Notes: a model not told the origin generated them from the letters alone. Shown: positions 15,485-24,112, counted from the stretch's first letter. The stretch is 28,176 nucleotides of DNA from Candidatus Limnocylindrales bacterium (GCA_035709325.1 DASTEU010000220.1:1-28176); one strand, 5' to 3'. Numbers and translations are program-made.

Positions 15485-16303
15485 CTACAGCTCGATCCGC
15501 GACATCCGGCTGATTGCGATGCCGGCCAGGCCGGCCGTGATGAGCGCCCATGAGACGGGCGTGATCCACGAAACCTCCGCCCCCGACAGCGCCGCGGCCG
15601 GCCACGCCAACATCGACGTCGGCAGGAACGGCGAGATGTCGAACGGCAGGAGGCCCCCGAACATCGCCGGAAGGGCGAAGACCGCCAGGCCGATTGCGAC
15701 GATCCCCGTCTGGGCCGGGACCACGACCCCGGCCGCGAGCCCGACGGTCGCGAAGAAGACGATCACCGCGGCGACGCCGATTGCCAGGCCCGCGAGCGCC
15801 TCGACCGGCGGCATGCCGTAAAGGCCGATCACGACACCGACCGTCACCGCGAGCGGGACCAGCCCGGCTGCCGCGACGAGGATCGCGCTCGACGAGGCCC
15901 ATTTCGAGAGCCTGATCGAACGCCGGGTCACCGGCTTGGAGGCGACCCAGGCAAGGGTTCCGGCCTCGCGCTCGCGAACGATCAGGCTCGCGACAGCGAA
16001 GATCGTGGCAAGAACGAAGATCTGGCCCGACACCGCCGCAAAGAGGTTGTCGAGCGGCTCCTGCGAGCCGATCTGCGGCGGCGCCACGTCCGGCGGCAGG
16101 CTGGCCGCGATCGTGGCCGTGATCCAGCCGTTCGCGGCGGACAGGACCATGAAGGCGCTGACGACCGCGAAGACGATCCAGACCCGACGGCCGCGGACCC
16201 ACTCGGTCGCGTCCTTGCGTAGCAGCGGCCGGAAGCCGGCCAGCCGGCCGAACGAGGTGGTTGCCGGTGCCGAAGCGGCGCCGGAGACGATCGAGGCGGT
16301 CAT
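15485..16303 (-). CDS. ABC-2-type exporter permease (272 aa)
   Basis: LLRKDATEW near the N-terminus, IVREREAGTLAWVASKPVTR motif and six TM segments. Its start is coupled to the ATPase stop. Confidence 0.9.
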   Translation of the reverse strand: MTASIVSGAASAPATTSFGRLAGFRPLLRKDATEWVRGRRVWIVFAVVSAFMVLSAANGWITATIAASLPPDVAPPQIGSQEPLDNLFAAVSGQIFVLATIFAVASLIVREREAGTLAWVASKPVTRRSIRLSKWASSSAILVAAAGLVPLAVTVGVVIGLYGMPPVEALAGLAIGVAAVIVFFATVGLAAGVVVPAQTGIVAIGLAVFALPAMFGGLLPFDISPFLPTSMLAWPAAALSGAEVSWITPVSWALITAGLAGIAISRMSRIEL

Positions 16304-17259
16304 GCCGCACGCTCCTTGGTATCGACGAGGCGGAGGAAGACGTCCTCCAGCGCGAGACGGACGAGGCCGTTCTCGATGAGGGTCAGGTCGCGGTCGGCCG
16401 CGAACCGGGTGATGCCGCGCTGAACGCGCGACGCATCGTCGGGGTGGATCCGGATGACGTACGTCCGGACGTCGCCGTCGCGGCCGGTCGCCTCGACCGA
16501 GAGCGCCCCCGGCAGGGCCGCCAGGTCGGGTGCCGTGCCGTCGTCGGCGCCGCCGATCGCGACCCGGAGCTGGTCAAGGGTGAAGCTCGCGAGCAGGTCG
16601 GTCGTCGCCGACTCGCGGACGAGGCGGCCGCCATCGAGGATGGCGACACGATCGCTCACGCGCTGGACGTCGTCGAGGATGTGGGTCGAGTAGAACACGG
16701 TCGTCTCGCCCTTCAGCCGGGCCATGAGGTCGAGGACCTCGCGGCGGCCGATCGGGTCGAGGGCGCTGACCGGCTCGTCGAGCAGGAGGACCGATGGCCG
16801 GGTCACGAGCGCCTGGGCGATGCCCAGCCGCTGGCGCATCCCGCCCGAGTACGTGCTCGTCCGCCGACCCGCAGCGTCGGCCAGCCCGACCGTGGCGAGG
16901 ATCCGGTCGATCCAGGCGCGATCGGTGGCCGAGGCGTCGGGCGCCAGCGAGGCGACGAACTCGAGGACTTCGCGCCCGGTCATCCAGTCGTAGAAGCGCG
17001 GCTCCTGGGCGAGGTAGCCGACGCCGTGTCGGTAGGCCTCGCCGGCTGCGAGCGGGATTCCCCCGACGCTGGCCGTCCCCGACGTCGGTCGGATGAGGCC
17101 GGCGAGGACCTTGAGGACGGTCGTCTTGCCCGCGCCGTTCGGGCCGAGGAAGCCGTAGATCGAGCCGGCCGGCACGTCGAGGTCGAGGCCGGTCACGGCC
17201 CGAACCTCACCGTAGTGCTTCGTGAGGCCGGCCGTCGTGATGGCCGATGAACTGGTCAT
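16300..17259 (-). CDS. ABC exporter ATP-binding protein (about 319 aa)
   Basis: Start MTSSS (ATG 17259, GGAG RBS). Motifs GPNGAGKTT, YSGGMRQRLGIA, LLDEP, STHIL and C-terminal LEDVFL. Confidence 0.95.
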   Translation of the reverse strand: MTSSSAITTAGLTKHYGEVRAVTGLDLDVPAGSIYGFLGPNGAGKTTVLKVLAGLIRPTSGTASVGGIPLAAGEAYRHGVGYLAQEPRFYDWMTGREVLEFVASLAPDASATDRAWIDRILATVGLADAAGRRTSTYSGGMRQRLGIAQALVTRPSVLLLDEPVSALDPIGRREVLDLMARLKGETTVFYSTHILDDVQRVSDRVAILDGGRLVRESATTDLLASFTLDQLRVAIGGADDGTAPDLAALPGALSVEATGRDGDVRTYVIRIHPDDASRVQRGITRFAADRDLTLIENGLVRLALEDVFLRLVDTKERAA

Positions 17260-17657
17260 GTGCTGGTCTCCGCGCTGGCGAGTCTCGGGCTGCTCGCACT
17301 GGAGACAGCCTCGCGTCGGGCGGGCTCGCTGTCGTCGGCCCGTGGTGCCGATCCCGGCACTCCGTTCAGCGCGACGGCGCTGGCGGCAGCGCCCCCGGCG
17401 GATCGGGCGACCTCGTCCCGGAGTCGCGGGTGCGGCAACTCGGCGCATGGACATTCGTCGCATTCGACGCCTGCGATGTCGCCGGCGCGCGGGCTCGCGG
17501 GCCGGCTCGGCTCGGCCCGCCCGAGTAGGGCGCCGAATGCACCGCCGATCCCGATGACCGTGGGTGCATACCGCCCGGCCGGGCGGTCGCCACGCTGCGC
17601 ATCGCCGCCGGGCGTCTCCGCCGAAGTCACCGCCGATCCCGATGACCGTGGGTGCAT
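17256..17657 (-). CDS. Possible small hypothetical protein (may be spurious)
   Basis: Its stop overlaps the ABC ATPase ATG (ATGA) and it contains a short hydrophobic stretch and CDECPC. However, its 5' part runs through non-triplet repeats and has no clear RBS. Confidence 0.25.
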   Translation of the reverse strand: MHPRSSGSAVTSAETPGGDAQRGDRPAGRYAPTVIGIGGAFGALLGRAEPSRPASPRAGDIAGVECDECPCAELPHPRLRDEVARSAGGAAASAVALNGVPGSAPRADDSEPARREAVSSASSPRLASAETST

Positions 17658-17829
17658 ATCGCCCCGCTGCGCATCGCCGCCGGGACCCTGGTCAGGCGCG
17701 GCGAGATGGCGGGCCGGGGCCAGGCTTGGCCGGGCGCGGCCAGGCCGGGGCCAGGCTTGCCCGGGCGCGGCCAGGCCGTCGCACCTTCGACGCGGCGTGA
17801 TGCATCCACAGTCATAAGGATCCGCGGTG
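17540..17829. repeat. Three copies of a ~30-nt element: two direct (17540-17570 and 17628-17658, 31 nt identical) and one inverted (17800-17829, 25/30 identical)
   Basis: Minus-strand copies read ATGCACCCACGGTCATCGGGATCGGCGGTG. The plus-strand copy reads ATGCATCCACAGTCATAAGGATCCGCGGTG. Confidence 0.88.
17712..17777. repeat. 31-nt tandem duplication built of GGCNN-like pentamers
   Basis: GGCCGGGGCCAGGCTTGGCCGGGCGCGGCCA at 17712 and again at 17743 with one mismatch. Confidence 0.88.
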
Positions 17830-17897
17830 AAATTCGCGCCGCCCCGGCGGCTGCGGCCGGCGCGGCCGGCGCACCCGGCGCGGCCGGCGCGCGAGGG

Positions 17898-18602
17898 TCA
17901 GTCGAGGCCGCTCCCGGGTCGGACGAGGCCCGCCTCGTAGGCGAGGACGACGGCCTGGGCGCGGTCCCGCAGGTCGAGCTTCAGGAGGGCGTGCGAAACG
18001 TGCGTCTTCACGGTCGGCTCCGCGAGAACGAGGCGGTCGGCGATCTCGCGGTTCGAGAGCCCCCGGGCGACAAGCTTGAGCACTTCCAGCTCACGCTCGG
18101 TCAGCTCGCGCAGGCGCTCGTGGCGTTCGCCGGCCGGTGCCGGCAACCGGTCCCGAAAGCGGTCCAGCAGCTGCCGCGTTACGGACGGCGCCAGCAGCGC
18201 ATCGCCGGCGGCCACGATCCGGATGGCCTGGGCGAAGTCGGCCGGCGGCACGTCCTTGAGGAGGAAACCGCTGGCCCCGGCCCGTAACGCCTCAACGACG
18301 TACTCGTCGGCGTCGAAGGTCGTCAGGATCAGGACCCGCGGCGGACGTCCGGCAGCGAAGCCAGCATCGCCGTCGCCGGACCGCCCGACGAGGCGACGGG
18401 TCGCCTCGACACCGTCCATCACCGGCATGCGGATGTCCATGACGACGACGTCCGGCGCCAGTCGGGCGGCCTGCTCGAGGGCCTGTCGGCCGTCAGTCGC
18501 CTCGCCGACGACCTCGATGTCGGGCTCGTCCTGGAGGATCATCCGGAAGCCGACCCGGACGAGCTGCTGGTCGTCGACGAGCAGGACGCGGACGGCCGTC
18601 AT
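17898..18602 (-). CDS. NarL/LuxR-family response regulator (234 aa)
   Basis: VLLVDDQ, DVVVMDIRMPVMDG, ILTTFD, GFLLKD and C-terminal HTH LTERELEVLKLVARGLSNREIA..TVKTHV. Confidence 0.97.
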   Translation of the reverse strand: MTAVRVLLVDDQQLVRVGFRMILQDEPDIEVVGEATDGRQALEQAARLAPDVVVMDIRMPVMDGVEATRRLVGRSGDGDAGFAAGRPPRVLILTTFDADEYVVEALRAGASGFLLKDVPPADFAQAIRIVAAGDALLAPSVTRQLLDRFRDRLPAPAGERHERLRELTERELEVLKLVARGLSNREIADRLVLAEPTVKTHVSHALLKLDLRDRAQAVVLAYEAGLVRPGSGLD

Positions 18603-19924
18603 CCGCCGGCCCCGGAGGTCGGCATGTCGCCGAGCGGCATGCCGCCGAGCGGCAGCCCGCCGAGCGGGAGGCGGGCGACGACCCGGAAGCCGCGACCGGC
18701 GGGACCGGCTTCGAGCTGGCCGCCGAAGAGCGCCACCCGCTCGCGCATCCCGATGAGCCCGTGGCCCGACTCGCCGGGCGTCCCGAGGCTCGGTTCGCCG
18801 CTACCGCCCTCGTCGACGACGCGGACCTCGAGCGCTGCCGGCTCGAAGCGGACCGCGACCCGGGCTCGCGCGCCGGGAGCGTGTTTGAGCGCGTTTGTGA
18901 GCGCCTCCTGGATGATCCGGTAGGCCGACAGCTCGATGCCGGGGTCGAGCGGCCGTCGTTCGCCGGTGATCGAGAGCTCGACCGGCATGCCGGCGGCCCG
19001 AACCTTCTCGAGCAGCTCGCCGAGCCGGTCGAGGCTGGGCATCGGGGCGAGGGAATCGTCGGGCGTGGCGGTGTGGGCGGCGCCTCCCGGGCCGTCGCCG
19101 GCCGCCCCGCTCCGGCCGAGGATGCCGAGCATCCGGCGCATGTCGGATAGCGCCTGGCGACCCGTCGCGTCGATCGCCTCCATCGCCGCCCGCGCGTCCG
19201 CCGGGCGGCGGTCGAGCGCCCGCAGCGCGGCCCCGGCCTGGATCACGATGACGCTGACGTGGTGGGTGACGACGTCGTGGAGCTCGCGAGCGATCCGCTC
19301 CCGCTCCTCGGCGACGGCCCGCTGGGCGCGCTCCTCGCGCTCGCGCTCGAGTCGGCGGGCACGCTCCTCGACGGTCCCGATGTGGGCCCGGCGGTCGCGC
19401 GCCCACGTCCCGAGGACCCACGCCACGAAGACCGCGAGCTCGGTCTGGACGAGGCCGCTGAGCGACGCGGGCAGTGAGGCCTTCCAGGCGATGAGCCCAC
19501 CGACCGCGACCGCCCCGACGATCGCGGCGATCGCCGAACGGCGCGGCTCGTAGCGCTCGGCGACCGTGAACAGCGCGATGAGGAAGCCGAGCGTCGAGTT
19601 GATTCCCTGGGTGGCGAGGGAGGCGTGGGCGATCGTCGCGCCGGTCGTCAGCACGAAGACCGACATGGGCCAGATGCGACGGAGCGCCAGAGGCAAGGTC
19701 TGGAGGAGCAGCAGGACGAGGCTCAGCGGATCCACCAGGCCGAGGTCTTGAGCCCCGCCCCACAACGTGACGAGCGAGAGGGCCGTCAGGCCCAGGGCGA
19801 GCAGCACGTCGACGGTCATCGGGCTGGCGGCGAGGCGTGCGCGGAGCCGGCCCGAGATGGCGCCGTTCGGGGGGGTCGCAGTCACGCCGACAAGCGTAGT
19901 GCGACTGAGAGCCTCGGACATCAT
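18599..19924 (-). CDS. Membrane sensor histidine kinase, HisKA_3 (NarX/LiaS-like), 441 aa
   Basis: N-terminal TM helices, H-box ERERIARELHDVVTHH, YRIIQEALTNALKHA, and DEG..GHGLIGMRERV. Confidence 0.96.
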   Translation of the reverse strand: MMSEALSRTTLVGVTATPPNGAISGRLRARLAASPMTVDVLLALGLTALSLVTLWGGAQDLGLVDPLSLVLLLLQTLPLALRRIWPMSVFVLTTGATIAHASLATQGINSTLGFLIALFTVAERYEPRRSAIAAIVGAVAVGGLIAWKASLPASLSGLVQTELAVFVAWVLGTWARDRRAHIGTVEERARRLEREREERAQRAVAEERERIARELHDVVTHHVSVIVIQAGAALRALDRRPADARAAMEAIDATGRQALSDMRRMLGILGRSGAAGDGPGGAAHTATPDDSLAPMPSLDRLGELLEKVRAAGMPVELSITGERRPLDPGIELSAYRIIQEALTNALKHAPGARARVAVRFEPAALEVRVVDEGGSGEPSLGTPGESGHGLIGMRERVALFGGQLEAGPAGRGFRVVARLPLGGLPLGGMPLGDMPTSGAGG

Positions 19925-19930
19925 CCCCCG

Positions 19931-19972
19931 GTCGCGATCCGATCGCGACGGCGGGAGCGCTCAGGGAGCGCT
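19931..19972. promoter_or_regulatory. Perfect palindrome GTCGCGATC-C-GATCGCGAC plus an 11-bp-period direct repeat GGGAGCGCT x2 upstream of the kinase gene
   Basis: The palindrome is at 19931-19949, 6 nt from the ATG. The direct repeats are at 19953-61 and 19964-72. Function is unknown. Confidence 0.4.
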
Positions 19973-20020
19973 TCGGTGCGCGGCGTCCGACCGCCGAGCC
20001 CGGCCGCCGAGCCGGGCGGC

Positions 20021-21421
20021 CTACCCGGCCACGCTCATCGCGCGCCCTGTGTCCAGGAGGAACGGCGGCAGCCAGGCCGGGATGTTCGAGAACGGCAGGA
20101 CGTCCGGGTCGAGGCGGATGCCGAGGGCCTCGGTCATGAACCGGCGGCGAGCCTCGATCCGCCGCCAGGCGTCCGGGAACGCGCCCGCGAACGCGTCCCG
20201 CAGCGACGCGTCGGCGAGGGCAATGCCGTCCTCGATGTTCGTCGTGAACCAGTCCGTGCCGGTCGCCGGGATGACGTCGACCTGGAACGCCATGCCCGAA
20301 CGCAGCTCGATCGTCGAGCCGGGTGCGATCGGCGAGTTGACCCACTCGTCGAGATGGATCTGATGGCCCGGGTTCAGGAAGATCCCGAAGAACGGGTCCC
20401 CGAGCCGGCGCTCGACGATCTCGTGCAGGGCGCCGCCGACCTGGCCGACGCGAAGTGCCTCGTACCATTCGACGATCGCGCCGAAGTACGGCCCGACGAG
20501 TCGCTCGACATAGTCGCGGATCCCGATGGGCAGCTCCTCCGCACCCTCGACGACGAAGCCGGCGCGGCAGTTGAGCGCGCCCCAGATCCCGAATGCGATC
20601 GTGAACCGGTCGCCCCGCTCGATCGGTCGGTCGCCCGGGCTCAGCAGCCCGAACGAGGCCCGCGGGCCGGCGCTGAGCATCAGATGGCATGAGAGCGGCG
20701 TGCCGTCCCACGCGAGCAGGCGAACCGCCTCCCGCTCCGTCATCCCGGGCCGCAGCCCTCGGAGCACGCGGAGGACGCCGCTCGACGTGCGGCAGGCGGC
20801 ATTCTCGAGCGCGGCGAGCTGCTCGACCTCGTTGATCACCCGGAGGCCGTCCCCCGAATCGATGAGCAGGTCGGTGGCGTTCTCGACGCTCCCGCTCGCG
20901 CCGGCCGCCGCGCGCAGCTCGTCGACGAGGTAGGCCGGCGCGTCGTGGCGGTCGAACCGACCGTAGGTCTTCCAGCCTACGACGCCGATGCGAGTGCCCG
21001 CCCGGACGCCGGCGTCGCGCAGGATCGCCTCGAGGGGCTGCGAGCGGTCCCGCGGCTGGCTCGGCAGGCTGAGATCCTGGAAGAGCACCCGCTCCATCGG
21101 CAGCGGCGCGGCGCCGGCAGTTCCGTAGCACTCGTTGCCGACGAGGATCAGCGGGTCGCCGGTCGGGGCGACGATGAGGATCGCCTCCTCGAACCGCGGG
21201 TCGAATCCGGTCAGCCACGCGAGGTTCGCGCTGTGCTCGCGGTCGGCGTAGACGACGAGCCGGTCGTAGCCGCGTTCGGCCGACCGGGCCCGGAGGCGCT
21301 CCAACCGATCGGCGTAGAGCCCGGCCGGCAGCTCGGGTGACGTCTCCGGCAGGCCGAAGTCCGGGAGGTCGATCTCGGTGAGGCGAGCGACGCGGGCCTG
21401 CCCGGGATCGCCGCTAGTCAC
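20021..21421 (-). CDS. M24 (aminopeptidase P/creatinase-like) fold protein with a degenerate metal site, about 466 aa
   Basis: Creatinase-N-like RLERLR..LVVYADREHSANLAWLTGFDP, then pita-bread-fold motifs NPGHQIHL, LRSGMAFQVD and NIEDG. The GTG at 21421 overlaps the upstream stop. Confidence 0.75.
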   Translation of the reverse strand: MTSGDPGQARVARLTEIDLPDFGLPETSPELPAGLYADRLERLRARSAERGYDRLVVYADREHSANLAWLTGFDPRFEEAILIVAPTGDPLILVGNECYGTAGAAPLPMERVLFQDLSLPSQPRDRSQPLEAILRDAGVRAGTRIGVVGWKTYGRFDRHDAPAYLVDELRAAAGASGSVENATDLLIDSGDGLRVINEVEQLAALENAACRTSSGVLRVLRGLRPGMTEREAVRLLAWDGTPLSCHLMLSAGPRASFGLLSPGDRPIERGDRFTIAFGIWGALNCRAGFVVEGAEELPIGIRDYVERLVGPYFGAIVEWYEALRVGQVGGALHEIVERRLGDPFFGIFLNPGHQIHLDEWVNSPIAPGSTIELRSGMAFQVDVIPATGTDWFTTNIEDGIALADASLRDAFAGAFPDAWRRIEARRRFMTEALGIRLDPDVLPFSNIPAWLPPFLLDTGRAMSVAG

Positions 21422-23085
21422 GGCGTCGTCGCTCCCGGCTGCCACGGCTCGACCTCCGTCGCACCGCGGCGCACCGTCACGAATCCGTCGGCGGTCACCG
21501 GAAGCCACGGCCCGACCGCTCCGTCCGGCCACGTCACGCGGACCTCCGCCCGCTCCGTCGCGCCGAGCCCGAAGTGAATCCAGCCGAGCTGGCCTCCGGC
21601 GTGCCCGCCGCCAATCGTGACCTCGCGTTCGACGGTCCGCCCGCCGGCCGCCACCGCCACCCAGGCGCCGATCGCGTCGCGGTTCGGCCGGTCCGGGTCG
21701 TCGAGCCGGACGCCGAGCCAGCGGCCGAGCGGCGCCGGGGCCTCGGGAGTGCCCGAGCCGACGCTCCGCCAGACCGCGACGGGTTCGCGGCGGTTCACGA
21801 CGACGAGGTCGAGCAGGCCGTCGAGGTTGAGGTCGACGAGCGCGGCGCCGCGGGCCTTCGCGAACGAGACGACGCCCGCGGCCTCGGCCCCCTCGACGAA
21901 CGTCCCGTCAGCCTTGCCGAGGAGCAGGTTGCTGGGGTCCTTCGCCGCGTAGTCGGCCATCGACTCGACATTGCCCTTGGCGACGAAGAGGTCAATGAAC
22001 GTGTCGTTGTTGACGTCCTGGAACTCGGCGTGCCAGGCGGTCGAGGGCAGGGACGTGTCGCCGGCGTACGGCCGGTGGGCGGTCGCCCCCCGCTCGACCG
22101 CGATGTCGGCATAGGTCGGTCGACCGGGGCCTTCGACGAGGGCCTGGAGCTTGTTGTCGCCCTGGCTCGTGAGGAACACCTCGGGCAGGCCGTCGCCGGT
22201 GAGGTCATGGCTGGCGATTCCCATGCCCCAGATCCGCATCCGGCGCCAGCCGTCGTCGGCGGTGTAGAGCGCCGGCTCCTCGCCGAGCGCGACTCGCCAG
22301 AGCTGCTCCTGGCCGTCCTGTGAATAGTGCTGGTCGTTCGTCATCCGGAGGTCGCGGCGGCCCGTCCGGCTCCAGTCGCTGAACAGGATCGAGAGCGTGC
22401 ACCAGCCGGGCGTCAGCGTCGTCGGGTTGCCGTACATCGGGCCCTCCGCCTTCGGGCGGATCAGCTCGTTGTCGGCGCAGCTCCCGGTCCACTCGCCGGT
22501 AGCGTCGAGCTCGAGGTAGTTCCCGAAAGCGAGCGTCGGCGAGGCCGCCTCGCCCTCCCACGTCGCGCTGAAGCCGACCGTCCAGGAGTCGCCGCCGTCG
22601 AAGCCGAGCGACGCGTTCGCCCGCTCGAACCGGCAGTCGCCGAGCCCTCGGAGGATGACGTTCTCGCCGAGCCGGAGGACGACGAGGTCGGTCCGGCCAT
22701 CGCCGTCGACGTCGATCGGATAGGCGCCCGTCACCGCGTCGAGGTCGGTCGCCGGATCGGGCAGCGCCGTGAAGCGCAGGGCGCCGCCGATCGGGGTGTC
22801 GTTGCGATAGAGCGCGGCCGACCGCGCCCCGCCGGCAAGGTAGAGCTCGGGCCGGCCGTCGTCGTTGCAGTCGAACGCCGCGACGCCGCCGCCCACGAAG
22901 AACTCGAAGTCTCCGTCGTAGACCTGCTCGATGCCGGCCGCGGCCGCCTCCTCCACGAACCGCGGGGCGGCGACGGCCGGCGTCGGCGCGGCCGACGCGA
23001 GGAGCACGGCCGCGCCGCCGACGAGGACGATCGCGGCCGTGCCGACCGCCGCGATGCCGATCAGGCGTCGGGACATCGCGGGCAT
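21418..23085 (-). CDS. Exported CRTAC1-family protein (FG-GAP/DxDxDG repeats plus ASPIC/UnbV domain), about 555 aa; start may be 23076
   Basis: N-terminal hydrophobic signal/anchor. Repeats DCNDDG, DVDGDG, DLTGDG, DVNNDT and DLNLDG. C-terminal NRDAIGAWV..GGGHAGGQLGWIHFGLG..VTWPDG is the ASPIC/UnbV signature. Confidence 0.9.
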   Translation of the reverse strand: MPAMSRRLIGIAAVGTAAIVLVGGAAVLLASAAPTPAVAAPRFVEEAAAAGIEQVYDGDFEFFVGGGVAAFDCNDDGRPELYLAGGARSAALYRNDTPIGGALRFTALPDPATDLDAVTGAYPIDVDGDGRTDLVVLRLGENVILRGLGDCRFERANASLGFDGGDSWTVGFSATWEGEAASPTLAFGNYLELDATGEWTGSCADNELIRPKAEGPMYGNPTTLTPGWCTLSILFSDWSRTGRRDLRMTNDQHYSQDGQEQLWRVALGEEPALYTADDGWRRMRIWGMGIASHDLTGDGLPEVFLTSQGDNKLQALVEGPGRPTYADIAVERGATAHRPYAGDTSLPSTAWHAEFQDVNNDTFIDLFVAKGNVESMADYAAKDPSNLLLGKADGTFVEGAEAAGVVSFAKARGAALVDLNLDGLLDLVVVNRREPVAVWRSVGSGTPEAPAPLGRWLGVRLDDPDRPNRDAIGAWVAVAAGGRTVEREVTIGGGHAGGQLGWIHFGLGATERAEVRVTWPDGAVGPWLPVTADGFVTVRRGATEVEPWQPGATTP

Positions 23086-23117
23086 TGAAGCACAACGGCC
23101 GCTGCCGGCCGGCCCGG

Positions 23118-24104
23118 TCAGCCGGCCGCCGCGTAGATTCGCTCGATCACCTGCATGTTGGCGACCGCGTCCTCGGGCGGCGTCGGCGTCGGCAGGTCGT
23201 CGAGGATCGCCTCGGCGAAGCGCTCGGCCTCGACGCCGTACGGATCGGCCGTGTCAAACGTGAACGTCTCGAGGGCCGGCGCCACCGGCGGGTCGCCGCC
23301 GGCCACGAGATGGACCCGGGTCGGCCGGTCCGGCGGGATGTTGAACGGGATCTCGACCGAGATCCGCCCGGTCGTGCCGTAGATGTCGACCCGCTGGTCG
23401 TCCTCGGCCCGGATCGAGCAGGTGAACGCCGCGACGCCGGCGGTGCCGAACTCGAGGAGTGCGCTCGTCACGACGTCCACGCCGTCCGGCGGCTCGCGCC
23501 GGATCGAGGCCTCGACCCGGGTCGGCTCCGCGGCGAACAGCATCCGCGACAGGTTGACGCAGTAGCAGCCGATGTCCATGAGGGCGCCGCCGCCGAACTC
23601 GCGGATGTTGCGGATGTTGGAGGCGTCCTCATTGAAGTAGGAGAACCAGCTCTGGATCGCCTGGAGCCGGCCGATCCGGCCGGACGCCACGAGATCGCGT
23701 ACGGCGACCCAGGAGGGATGGAGGCGGTACATAAAGGCCTCCATGAGGCGGACGCCCTCGGTCCGGCAGGCGTCGACCATCCGCTGCGCGTCCGCCGAGG
23801 TCAGGGCCAGCGGCTTCTCGCACAGGACGTGTTTGCCGGCCCTCGCGGCGGCGATCGTCCACTCTGCATGAAGGTGATTGGGGAGCGGGATGTAGACCGC
23901 GTCGACGTTCGTGTCGGCGAGGAGCGCCTCGTACGTCTCGTGGGCCCCCGGGATGCCCAGCTCGTCGGCGACCCGTCGGGCCTGGCCCGGCGCCCGCGAG
24001 GCGATCGCGACGACCTCGACCCGCTCGGCCGTGCGCATCCCGGGAACGACCTTGCGGCGGGCGATGTCGGCGGTCGAGAGGATCCCGATTCGGAGCTTCG
24101 ACAT
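23118..24104 (-). CDS. Gfo/Idh/MocA-family oxidoreductase (about 328 aa)
   Basis: Start MSKLRIGILSTADIA (ATG 24104). Motifs DAVYIPLPNHLH, HVLCEKP, MEAFMYR and GGGALMDIGCY. Confidence 0.95.
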   Translation of the reverse strand: MSKLRIGILSTADIARRKVVPGMRTAERVEVVAIASRAPGQARRVADELGIPGAHETYEALLADTNVDAVYIPLPNHLHAEWTIAAARAGKHVLCEKPLALTSADAQRMVDACRTEGVRLMEAFMYRLHPSWVAVRDLVASGRIGRLQAIQSWFSYFNEDASNIRNIREFGGGALMDIGCYCVNLSRMLFAAEPTRVEASIRREPPDGVDVVTSALLEFGTAGVAAFTCSIRAEDDQRVDIYGTTGRISVEIPFNIPPDRPTRVHLVAGGDPPVAPALETFTFDTADPYGVEAERFAEAILDDLPTPTPPEDAVANMQVIERIYAAAG

Positions 24105-24112
24105 CGGTCCGC

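Noticed and set aside
17540-17658. 31-nt exact repeats separated by 57 nt as a mini CRISPR array
   Set aside because: There are only two direct copies, the spacer itself contains sequence repeated after copy 2, a third copy is inverted, and no cas genes are present.
17256-17900. Stop-codon readthrough or selenocysteine at the response regulator TGA (the frame stays open to 17256)
   Set aside because: The regulator is complete at the TGA, the downstream frame is low-complexity repeat sequence, no SECIS-like element is evident, and long open frames are common at this GC content.
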